This document shows positions 49,491 to 60,449 of a stretch of 64,000 nucleotides of DNA, piece by piece; position 1 is the first letter of the stretch, and every line of letters begins with the position of its first letter. Source of the stretch: Azolla caroliniana (lineage: Eukaryota; Plantae; Polypodiophyta); assembly GCA_043228905.1 (NCBI GenBank), contig JBHGNT010000006.1, positions 13,392,001 through 13,456,000 on the forward strand. The letters are read 5' to 3'. The notes below the pieces were generated by a model. The model saw nothing but the letters and a program-made list of their open reading frames with translations. It made no database searches and was not told where the DNA came from. The position numbers and the translations under genes were made by a program.

Positions 49491-50679
49491 GTTTGAACCA
49501 ATTTTCTTCCTCAAGTCTACTTGTCGTTTTCCCTCGTCCTCCTATCCTTATTCTATACTATGCCTACTGTTAGCGCCTAAGAATATCAATCTGTTTTCTC
49601 TGAGCTACAGTGTCTAAAAGAAAAGTTTGTTGGCCTGGAACAAGAAAACCAACAATTGATAGGGGATCTGCAACAAATCGCTCTAGAAAAACAACAAATG
49701 CAACAACAAGATGGGGAGCTAGCGTTACGGCTACAACAACTCCAAGTAGTGTTGCAACAACAAGGATCAAGTCCCCAAGGATTTCATAAAGAGCCCAAGA
49801 TTGGACTTCTTGTGAAATTTGATGGAACGTGATCGCAATTACGGGGATTCCTTAATCAAGTACGCTTAGTCATCTAGATGCATCCTTCCCGATATCCCAC
49901 TGATGTATCTCGAGTCGGCCTAATAGGCATGTTACGTAGCGGCTCATCCTTGGCATGGTTCGCTCCGCTTCTAGAAAAACAATCGCCCTTGCTTAATAAC
50001 TTTGAAGATTTTATTAGTGAGTGAACATTAGGATGGCGATCAACAAAATCCGTAGATTGCGTTAAGGCGATCGTCCAGCCTCTGCCTACGCCACGGATTT
50101 CCGTCTACTCGCCTCAGATATCCCCTGGGATGATCAGGCCCTCATGGAGTAGTTTCGCTACGACTTGCAAAACGATGTCAAAGACTTACTTTTAACCTTC
50201 CCTGAAGAACCAAAGTCTCTTATGGAGGCAATCAGTCGAGCGGTCCGATGCGACAACAGCCTTTTCGAACGGCGTTCGGAACGTCAGTTACAAATACCAC
50301 GCTCTTGGCCAGAACCCACATATGCCTCAGTCACGGCTAAACCATTTGCACGCGACATACCTCAAGCCAATATTCCGACACCGATGGAGATCGACACCAT
50401 GCGTCGACGCGGCCCGTTATCGGAAGAAGAAAAGCAACGACGACGTGTCAATTGATTATGTCTTTATTGTGGTGGACCAGGGTTAATCGCCATCCATTGT
50501 CCCCATAGGCCAAGAAGACAGGTAAATCAAATCGTCGCCTGCACTAAACCTAAGTCAATTCTTCCCTTCTGAGTGTTTGATAGTATTAATAGTACTAATA
50601 GAGTGTCAGATAGTATTCATAGTACTAATAGCCCAAGTATCTCAAACAAATTTGAAATCCTTAGTCAATTAGATGAAGA

Positions 50680-50760
50680 GTTAAACGATTGAGTCCAACC
50701 AAAATAGGAGTCGTTTGGTTGGACAACAACCCTACATCTGTACAACCCATTAGTGGTTCC
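50680..50760 (+). promoter_or_regulatory. Candidate -1 ribosomal frameshift signal (G TTA AAC, 6-nt spacer, stem-loop/pseudoknot)
   Basis: pol is in the -1 frame to gag; stem GTCCAACCAAA/TTTGGTTGGAC; recurs in five copies. Confidence 0.65.
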
Positions 50761-52795
50761 ATTCCTTCCAAGCAAGTTAGCAATGTGTTCCTAGCCCAAG
50801 TCATTGTTAGTACTAAAAGTACTCCCCCAGTACCCGTCCTAGCACTTTTAGATTTCGGAGCTAATTCCTGTTTCATGGATCGAAATTTGGCCCAAGCTTC
50901 TCAGATATCCTTAAGAAAACTTCCTTGTCCCGCATCTGTAGTAGTCATTGATGGTCGTCCCATTGCTTCCGGGAAGATTGTAGAAGAGTCAGAATGCATT
51001 CAAGTTGTCCTAGGTAGTTTTGTGTGTGTAGTATCATTTAATCTAATTAGTAGTCTAGAGCATCCCATTGTCCTAGGATTACCTTGGTTTGAATTACATA
51101 ATCCAGCCATAGATTGGAGAACAAGAGAAGTCCGATATCGACAAACCCAAGAATCTACTCACCGAGTTTAGACCATTTCACTCCATCAATTATGCGAAGA
51201 AGGACACAAGGAGGCAATGTTCCTATTTGCAATATCAGTACATCCTTCCAGCACTATTAAGAAGGAATCCTCATTACCACTTCTGGCAAAATATCATCCT
51301 TATGTTGATGTATTCAACAAGGTAAAAGCCGCTACCCTCCCTCATCACCGTCCCTATGACTATCCCATCGATTTACAACCAGGAACAGAGCCACCATGGG
51401 GACCAATTTACAACTTGTCACCCACCGAGTTAGAAGTCCTTCGAGCCTACATAGAGGAGAACTTGGCAAGCGGGTTTATTCGTCATTCGAAATCTTCGGC
51501 TGGTGCACCCATCTTCTTTGTCAAGAAGAAAGATGGCTCACTTCGTCTCGTCGTTGATTACCGCGGATTGAATAAGGTCACCATTCGGAATAGGTATGCA
51601 ATTCCTCTTATATCAAGTCTTTTAGACAGATTTAATGGTGCCAAGTTATTTACAAAGATCGATCTACGAGGAGCGTATAACCTCATGCGGATCCAACCGG
51701 GAGATGAATGGAAGACCGCCTTTCGCATGCGGTATGGGCATTTCGAGTATACTGTTATGCCGTTCGGCCTAACCAATGCACCCACCGCAGTCTTCCAACA
51801 CATGGCAAATGATATATTCAGAGACCTCTTGGATATCTGTTTGATCATCTATCTGGATGATCTATTGATTTATTCGAAGACCCAGGAAGAGCACGATTCT
51901 CATGTACTATTAGTACTAAAGCGACTCGACGAGAATGGTCTTTATGCCAAGGTAGAAAAATGTAGCTTTGACTATAAGCAAGTGGAATTTCTAGGTTACG
52001 TCATCTCCTCAAAGGGCATCGCCATGGATCCAGCTAAAGTCCAAACTGTACTAGAGTGGCAAATTCCACGGTCAATACGAGATGTGCAATGTTTTCTAGG
52101 TTTTGCTAACTTTTGCCGTAAGTTTATACAGGATTACTCGAAGATTATTTTACCTCTCACACAACTTACGAAGAAGGGACAAGTATTTCTTTGGTCCAAT
52201 GAAGCAAATATGGCTTTTCGGCATCTTAAGAAAGCCTTTACATCACCACCGATTCTAGCTCATGTGGATACAAGCAAACCATTCATAATGGAGGCCGACA
52301 CATCATATTTCGCCCTCGGTAGCATCCTTTCTCAACAAGGAGATAAAGAAGAGTTACATCCTGTGGCTTTCCATTCGCGCAAATTCGATGTCGCAGAAAT
52401 CAACTACGAAATACATGTCAAGGAGATATTAGCCATCATGGATTCATTTGTGCAATGGCGGCATTTCTTAGATGGCTCTCCACATCAGGTCATTGTCTTT
52501 AGTGATCATAAAAATCTTGCTTATTTCCAGAACGCTCGTGTACTAAATCGACGGCAAGCTCAGTGGGCTCAATTCCTCAAGTGTTTCGATTTCAAAATCA
52601 CATATCGACCGGGGAAGCAGCAAGGAAAAGCAGATGCACTATCATGACGTTCATATCTTCCACCTCGTCCTGGTGATCCAGCATTTGATAATCAAAAGCA
52701 AGTAATCTTGGCACCAACACGATTGCACACAACACGGATTTTTCACACCCCAATGGATTCACAGATTACCGATGACATACGTGCAAACTTGAAGA

Positions 52796-55700
52796 TGTCA
52801 GAACCAAGGATAAAAGATAGAGTGATGGAAGAAGGATAGAGAAGAATGGATGTATAAGATAGAGAAAGAAAGAGAATGGATACAAGATATGTAATGAGAG
52901 CTAAAGACTGGTGTTGATTGGAATTGATTTGAGAATACATGTATGCGCTTATTTATAGGTTCCTATAGAATAGCTTAGAGATTTCTAGAATGTTCTAGAA
53001 TGTTCTAGACCTAGAATGCTCTAGGACATTCTAGAACATTCTAGAATAATCTAGAGTTTTTACAATAATCAATGTAATACAAGAAGTAGCTTTTATTGTT
53101 TCATATAACAATAAGCTATCTTAATGGTTGACGTTTTCAAGTATGAATTACAAGGTTTGAGGTTCAAGTCCGGGTGACGCCATAATGGTCATGTGTTCAT
53201 GACACTATCCCTCCTTCGAGAACGCCGAGTGGAAGTCGGCGTTAACATTGTTGGACCGGGCTTGTTTGGATAGTGATGATGGAAGTCGTTGACCAGAGCT
53301 TCGGCATTACAAACGTTATCGATGGGTTCCCAAGTGCGATCACTCGGAGGATAACCAAGCCAATCAACTAGATAATAAAGCTTATTGCACACAATCTTAG
53401 AATCGAGAATAGCAACTACCTCGTATTCGGGGCCGTCCACAAGTTGTACAGATGGCGGTGGTGGCACGACATGATCAGGAATTAAAGAGGTGTGGCAAGG
53501 TTCCAAAAGAGAGCTATGAAAGACAGGGTGAAGCCGCATATGTGCAGGAAGGTTAAGACGAAATGTTGCATCATTAATCTGCGCCGTGATGACAAAAGGA
53601 CCTAAGCGTTGATAGTCAAGCTTAGCACACGGTCTGGTAGTCTTGATGTGACGACGAAGCAACCATACACGGTCACCAACCTTAAAGGGAGACTTAAGAC
53701 GATTTCGATCGGCATTGGTCTTATGGTGTGCTTGCGCTTTCTGAAGATGTGACGATAACTCGAACTGGATTTGTTGTAGTCGGTGGAGGTGATGCGCCGC
53801 ACTAGGGTTTCGTGACACCTCAGGAAGATCCAGTATACACCATCGAGGGTGGTTGCCGGTGTAGGCAAAGAAAGGTGTAACTTTCGTAGAAGAGTGGACC
53901 GTGTTGTTGTATGCAAACTCGGCAAGATGTAAAATTTTACTCCAATAATCTTGTTGATAACTAATGAAACATCAAAGATATTGCTCGAGCGTTTGATTTG
54001 TGCGCTCTGTTTGTCCGTCAGTTTGTGGATGATAAGCCGAAGAGAGTTTGCAAGAGATTTTGAGGCCTGCCCATAGGTGCTTCCAAAAGTGTGAGATAAA
54101 TTGAGGACCTCGATCGCTAATAATATCATTCGGGAGACCATGATGGCGAAACACTTCACGCATAATGAGATCTGCAGTTTCTTCACTATTGATGGTCTTT
54201 ACACATGGTACAAAATGTGCCATCTTGGTGAACCGATCCACTACTGTTAAAATAGTATCAAAGCCTTTGGAAGGTGGCAGATCCGTAATGAAATCCATAG
54301 AAATAGACTGCCATGGCTTGTTGGGAGGGGGTAATGGTTGTAGTAAGCCATAAGGGTGATGCCGGGGTATTTTGGCGCGACAACAGGTGTCATAAGTGCG
54401 AACATAATCTTCGACAAATTTTTCCAAGTGAGGCCACCAAAACGAACGTTTCACCAGCTCAATGGTCTTGGAAATACCAAAATGTCTAGCCATGGGGACA
54501 TCATGACAATGTTCCAACACTTGAAGTCGGGGTGATCCGTCGGGGACGTAAAGGAGATTCTTGTAGAAGAGTAAACCATCTTGCCACTTGAAGTCCTTAT
54601 AATGTTGAGATGACCCTAGCAATGTGGAGCAAGATGGACGACTTGAACCACAGTGGGCTAAGACATCCTTAGCAAAATCATCCGAATGAAGTTGTTGCCG
54701 AATAGTGTCAAGAAGGGTAGAATCAAGTGGTGTGGCATAAATTGTTGTTACCTGTAGCTTTGATGGCCCGAGGAGAGTTTGCTTTTGATTGTCAAAGGCT
54801 GGATCTCCAGGTCGAAGTGCTAGATACGAACGCCGAGACAGAGCATCTGCTTTCCCTTGTTGTTTTCCGAGGCAAAAAATGATCTTGAAATCGAAACGTG
54901 TTAGAAATTGGGCCCACCGAGCTTGTCGTCTATTTAATACTCCAGCTGTTTGAAAATATGTGAGATTTTTGTGATCACTATAAATGATAATCTGATGAGG
55001 TGATCCTTCTAGAAAATGACGCCATTGCTCGAATGAGTCAACCACAGCTAGTAACTCCTTGTCATGCACCTCATAGTTTATCTCCGAAACAGTAAACTTT
55101 CTCGAGTGAAACGCGACTGGATGTATCTGCCCGTCCTCGCCTGGTTGCGATAGGATACTCCCCAATGCAAAGTCTGATGCATCCGCCTCAATAGTAAATG
55201 GCTTTTCAGGATCAATATGTGCTAGGATGGGTGCTGATGTGAATGCCTCTTTTAGATGCGTAAAAGCCTTGTCCGCTTCGATACTCCAAAAAAATGCTTG
55301 ATTTTTCTTGGTGAGTTGAGTAAGGGGCAACACAATGCTTGAATAATTATGTATGAATTTGCGATAAAAGTTCGCAAATTCGAGGAAACACTGGACATCC
55401 CGAACTGAGCATGGGGGTTTCCATTCCAATATTGGTTGGACTTTTGCCGGGTCCATGAAAACACCCTGGGATGAAATAGTGTATCCCAAAAATTCGACTT
55501 GTTTGCAATCAAAACTGCATTTCTCAAGTTTGGCGTAAAGACCATACTTCCTTAGGCGTTCAAGTACTTGCCGCACATGTATATCATGCTCCCCCTGTGT
55601 TTTAGAGTAAATCAATAGATCATCTAGGTAGATGATTAGAAAAATATCCAAGAAATCCCGGAAGATGTCATTTGCCATATGTTGGAATACGGCACGTGCA

Positions 55701-58032
55701 TTTGTGAGCCCGAAAGGCATGACTGTATACTCGAAATGACCATACCGAATACGAAATGCTGTTTTCCACTCATCTCCCGGCCGAATTCGAACAAGATTAT
55801 ATGCACCCCTTAGATCAATTTTGGTAAAATGCTTTGCCCCACCAATGCATTCTAAGAGATTGGAGATTAAAGGTAAAGCATACCTATTCCTTATGGTGAC
55901 TTTATTTAAGCCTCGATAGTCCACGACCAAATGAAGGGACCCGTCCTTTTTCTTCACAAAAAAGATAGGAGCACCAGCTGGAGACTTTGAATGTCGAATA
56001 AACCCATGTGCAAGATTTTCCTCGATGTATTCTCGAAGAACCTCAAGCTCAATGGTTGATAAATTGTAAATCGGACCCCACGGAGGCTCTTTTCCTGGTT
56101 GGAGATCAATAGGACAGTCGTACGGCCGATGCTTTGGAAGAACACTAGCTTTGACTTTGTCGAAAACATCAGCATAGTCTTGATATTTTTTGGGAATTTG
56201 GATGTCTGAATTCCCTTGAGTGACACTAGAAGGTGTCACTGATACTGCAAATAAGAAAAGGTCCTCCTTGCCTCCCACTTGGTGCAATTGATGCAATGTG
56301 ATGGCTGAAATTTGATGAGAAGGATATGGTGCATCAGTAGAACTATATACTTTGGGAGGATAATCCCGAGTTTGATCCTTGAGAATGATATTTTCTGCTA
56401 AAGGGCACCTAATTTCTCGCTTCCTCCAATCGATTCTAGGGTTATGTAGCTCGAACCATGGCAAACCGAGGACAATTGGATGGTCAGGACTACGGATTAT
56501 GTTAAAGGAAACTACACATCCTAAATCACCCAAGAGTATGTGTATTGGCTCAGACTCTTCAAATATCTTCCCAGACGCTATGGGGCGTCCATCAATCACT
56601 ACTACGGAAACCGGACAAGGAAGTGTATGCAAGGATATTTGGTGTTTTTGGGCAAAATCTCTATCCATGAAACAAGAATTGGCTCCAGTATCTAAGAGGG
56701 CTTGGACTTGAAGTTGATAACTGGGTGTCCTAACTTGTACTAGGGCTAAGAAGACTCTACTAACATGCTTGGAAGAAATGGAACCCACACTAGGTTGTAC
56801 ATATCTAGGGTTGTCCAACCAAATGGCTCCTATTTTGGCCGGACTTATTCGTTTGACTCCTCTTCTAATTGGCTTAGGACTTCAAATTTATTGGACAAGG
56901 GTGGATTATTCATAATATTAGATTCACTAACTACTTCTAAAATGTTGGACTCATTTTTATTGTCATAGTGAATTTGATTTACCTGACGTCTCGGCCTACG
57001 GGAGCAATGAATGGCTATATGTCCTGGACCTCCACAATATAAGCACAGATGGTTTGCTCGACGACGTTGCTTCTCTTCCTCTGACAACGGTCCTCTTCGT
57101 TGAGTCATATCGATCTCCATGGGTGTAGGACTATCCATTGGGACTGGACTACGTGTTTGCCTTGGAGTTGGAGCAGGGCTATACATTTGCCTTGGGGATG
57201 ATTGCGCCGTTACTGATGCATAAGTTGGTGTGAATCTAGATCTTGTTATTTGTTGTTGTTGCTCACATCGACGCTCAAAAAGGCGATTATCACACCGTAT
57301 TGCTCGACTAATAGCTTCTGTAAGTGACCTTGGATCCTCGGGGAAGGTAAGAAGTAAGTCTTTGACATCACTACGAATGCCTGAACGGAATTGCTCCATT
57401 AGGGCTTGTTCATCCCAAGGAATATCTCTTGCGATGAGACGGAAATTGGCAGCATATGTTGAAGCTGGTTGATCACCTTGACGAAGTGTACGAATCTTGT
57501 TGATAGTTGTTCTCGCCCATCAATATCTCCGAAACAAGCCTTAAATTCCTTGATAAATTCCTCGAAATTATTCAGTAGAGGAGAATTGGTCTCTAGCAAT
57601 GGAGCAAACCACGACAATGTTATGCCAGTCAATAAAGTGCCCACTAGCCCAACTCGTGATGCATCTGTTGTTTAACGTGCGGGATGCATTTGAATCACCA
57701 ACCGCACTTGATTCAAAAAACCTCGGAAATGCGCCCTCGACCCATCAAATTTAGTTGGGAGGCTAATTTTGGGCTCCTTGATAAGTCCCTGACCTTCAAC
57801 CCTTTGTTGTTGTAACACGACGATTGTCGACTCTAACTGTTGCACTCGTCGCGTGAACTCCTCTTGTTGTTGTTGCTTCTCTATAGTAACCTTTTGTAGA
57901 TCCCCAAGTAGACATTGATTCTCTACTTCAAGAGATGCGAACTTGGATTTAATGTTCTCCATTTCTGCAACAAGGGTGAGATATTCTTCTGAGTTAATGG
58001 CAGCCATGGTTTCAGGATGGTTACAAAGGAGG

Positions 58033-58035
<3 letters not shown>
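52796..58035 (-). mobile_element. Tcn1-like chromovirus of a second family: gag, pol, chromodomain, PPT, 3' LTR 52796..53204; 5' LTR absent
   Basis: gag 56845..58008 (CLYCGGPGH), pol 53972..56818, integrase C-terminus and chromodomain 53189..53818. Confidence 0.93.
53972..56818 (-). CDS. Pol polyprotein (protease LDTGA, RT YLDD, RNase H, integrase core), truncated by TGA at EQYL*CF
   Basis: 948-aa ORF with canonical motifs. Confidence 0.9.
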   Translation of the reverse strand: MDNPRYVQPSVGSISSKHVSRVFLALVQVRTPSYQLQVQALLDTGANSCFMDRDFAQKHQISLHTLPCPVSVVVIDGRPIASGKIFEESEPIHILLGDLGCVVSFNIIRSPDHPIVLGLPWFELHNPRIDWRKREIRCPLAENIILKDQTRDYPPKVYSSTDAPYPSHQISAITLHQLHQVGGKEDLFLFAVSVTPSSVTQGNSDIQIPKKYQDYADVFDKVKASVLPKHRPYDCPIDLQPGKEPPWGPIYNLSTIELEVLREYIEENLAHGFIRHSKSPAGAPIFFVKKKDGSLHLVVDYRGLNKVTIRNRYALPLISNLLECIGGAKHFTKIDLRGAYNLVRIRPGDEWKTAFRIRYGHFEYTVMPFGLTNARAVFQHMANDIFRDFLDIFLIIYLDDLLIYSKTQGEHDIHVRQVLERLRKYGLYAKLEKCSFDCKQVEFLGYTISSQGVFMDPAKVQPILEWKPPCSVRDVQCFLEFANFYRKFIHNYSSIVLPLTQLTKKNQAFFWSIEADKAFTHLKEAFTSAPILAHIDPEKPFTIEADASDFALGSILSQPGEDGQIHPVAFHSRKFTVSEINYEVHDKELLAVVDSFEQWRHFLEGSPHQIIIYSDHKNLTYFQTAGVLNRRQARWAQFLTRFDFKIIFCLGKQQGKADALSRRSYLALRPGDPAFDNQKQTLLGPSKLQVTTIYATPLDSTLLDTIRQQLHSDDFAKDVLAHCGSSRPSCSTLLGSSQHYKDFKWQDGLLFYKNLLYVPDGSPRLQVLEHCHDVPMARHFGISKTIELVKRSFWWPHLEKFVEDYVRTYDTCCRAKIPRHHPYGLLQPLPPPNKPWQSISMDFITDLPPSKGFDTILTVVDRFTKMAHFVPCVKTINSEETADLIMREVFRHHGLPNDIISDRGPQFISHFWKHLWAGLKISCKLSSAYHPQTDGQTERTNQTLEQYL

Positions 58036-58080
<45 letters not shown>
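58036..58080. repeat. (GA)n microsatellite at the inversion junction
   Basis: Pure GA run of about 22 units. Confidence 0.95.
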
Positions 58081-58084
<4 letters not shown>

Positions 58085-59754
58085 TACCCTTCTTGACACC
58101 ATTCGGCAACAACTTCATTCGGATGATTTTGCTAAGGATGTCTTAGCCCACTGTGGTTCAAGTCGTCCATCTTGCTCCACATTGCCAGGGTCATCTCAAC
58201 ATTATCAGGACTTCAAGTGGCAAGATGGTTTACTCTTCTACAAGAATCTCCTTTACGTCCCTGACGAATCACCCCGACTTCAAGTGTTGGAACATTGTCA
58301 TGATGCCCCCATGGCTGGACATTTTGGTATTTCCAAGACCATTGAGCTGGTGAAATGTTCATTTTGGTGGCCTCACTTGCAAAAATTTGTTGAAGATTAT
58401 GTTTGCACTTGTGACACCTGTTGTCGCGCCAAAATACCCCGGCATCACCCTTATGGCTTACTACAACCATTACCCCCTCCCAACAAGCCATGGCAGTCTA
58501 TTTCTATGGATTTCATTACGGATCTGCCACCTTCCAAAGGCTTTGATACTATTTTAACAGTAGTGGATCAGTTCACCAAGATGGCACATTTTGTACCATG
58601 TGTAAAGACCATCAATAGTGAAGAAACTGCAGATCTCATTATGCGTGAAGTGTTTCGCCATCATGGTCTCCCGAATGATATTATTAGCGATCGAGGTCCT
58701 CAATTTATCTCACACTTTTGGAAGCACCTATGGGCAGGCCTCAAAATCTCTTGCAAACTCTCTTCGGCTTATCATCCACAAACTGACGGACAAACAGAGC
58801 GCACAAATCAAACGCTCGAGCAATATCTTTGATGTTTCATTAGTTATCAACAAGATGATTGGAGTAAAATTTTACATCTTGCCGAGTTTGCATACAACAA
58901 CACGGTCCACTCTTCTACGAAAGTTACACCTTTCTTTGCCTACATTGACAACCACCCTCGATGGTATATACTGGATCTTCCCGAGGTGTCACGAAACCCT
59001 AGTGCGGCGCATCACCTCCACTGACTACAACAAATCCAGTTCGAGTTATCGTCACATCTTCAGAAAGCGCAAGCACACCATAAGACCAATGCCGATCGAC
59101 ATCGTCTTAAGTCTCCGTTTAAGGTTGGTGACCGTGTATGGTTGCTTTATCGTCACATCAAGACTACCCGACCGTGTGCTAAGCTTGACTATCAACGCTT
59201 AGGTCCTTTTGTCATCACGACGAAGATTAATGATGCAACATTTCGTCTTAACCTTCCTGCACATATGCGGCTTCACCCTGTCTTTCATAGCTCTCTTTTG
59301 GAACCTTGCCACACCTCTTTAATTCCTAATCGTGTCGTGCCACCACCGCCTTCTATACAACTTGTGGATGGCCCCGAATACGAGGTAGCTGCTATTCTCG
59401 ATTCTAAGATTGTGCGCAATAAGCTTTATTATCTAGTTGATTGGCTTGGTTATCCTCCGAGTGATCGCACTTGGGAACCCATCGATAATGTTTGTAATGC
59501 TGAAGCTCTGGTCAACGACTTCCATCGTCACTATCCAAACAAGCCCGGCCCAACAATGTTAACGCCGACTTCCACTCGGCGTTCTCGAAGGAGGGATAGT
59601 GTCATGAACACATGACCATTACGGCGTCACCCGGACTTGAACCTCGAACCTTGTAATTCATACTTGAAAACCTCAACCATTAAGATAGCTTATTGTTATA
59701 TGAAACAATAAAAGCTACTTCTTGTATTACATTGATTATTGTAAAAACTCTAGA
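58081..59754 (+). repeat. Inverted duplicate of 53050..54723 (integrase, chromodomain, PPT, first ~150 bp of LTR)
   Basis: ORFs 58017..58832 and 59142..59615 are near-identical to the minus-strand copies and share the same TGA. Confidence 0.93.
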
Positions 59755-60000
59755 ATAGTTTTGCCCAAGAAATCCTGGCGCACATTGATACTTCTCGGGC
59801 ATCCTGTTCTCAGTCTCAACAACCAGGTATCATGATGGTTTGTTATTCTTTAAAAAGCGCGTATATGTCCCCGATTGCTCCTGTCGCCTTCAAATCGTCC
59901 AGAATTGTCACGACACCCATGTAGCATAAGGTCATGGGTTCGAGTCTTGCCATGTCATGGGTTCGAGTCCAGAGAGATAGAAGGGAAAATTGGTTCAAAC

Positions 60001-60449
60001 TGTCAGGAATAGTACTAAATAGAGAGAGAATTAGTACTAGAGAAGGGAAGTACTATTAGTACTAAGAGGACGGGATTGCGTAAGACTCCTGAGAGAGGAA
60101 GAGAGAAGAGGAGAGAGAGAGATAGCGAGGACGAGAGAGAGAGAGAGAGAGATGATGATAATAGATTATATATTATAAGAACAGTAAGTTCCAAAAGGGC
60201 TATGAGGCTAAAGACTGGCGTTGAACCAATTTGGTTCAACATAATGCCTAGTGCCCTCTTTTATAGTGTTCTCAGGAGTAATCCTAAAGCTTCTAGAATG
60301 TTCTAGAGAAATCTGGAATATACATTAATTTCCTATAATAAAATGTAAATGAAAATAATATCCTATGTATTACAATAGATGATACAATGGTGAAGAGCTC
60401 GACCCATATAACCTGAGGTCATGGGTTCGAGCCTTGCCATATCATGACA
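60001..60449 (-). repeat. Tcn1-like LTR flanked by both PPT (60451..60462) and PBS (59986..60000)
   Basis: Minus strand AAAGGGGGGATAG|TGTCATGA...TCCTGACA|GTTTGAACCAATTTT. Confidence 0.92.

Larger units (their letters stand above)
46402..52795 (+). mobile_element. Two tandem Tcn1-like internal regions sharing one LTR (49042..49490)
   Basis: gag/PR/RT 46402..48840, jump to chromodomain (YYLVDWLG..RTWEP), PPT, LTR, PBS, second gag/PR/RT/RH 49560..52795; host pol resumes at ~59755..59915. Confidence 0.9.

Noticed and set aside
50660-50666. CTT AGT C as a Ty1/EST3-type +1 frameshift site
   Set aside because: pol lies in the -1 frame, and the copy near 56870 reads CTA AGC.
57943-58146. ORFs with ERERER or SLSLSL tracts
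   Set aside because: Translations of the (GA)n microsatellite.
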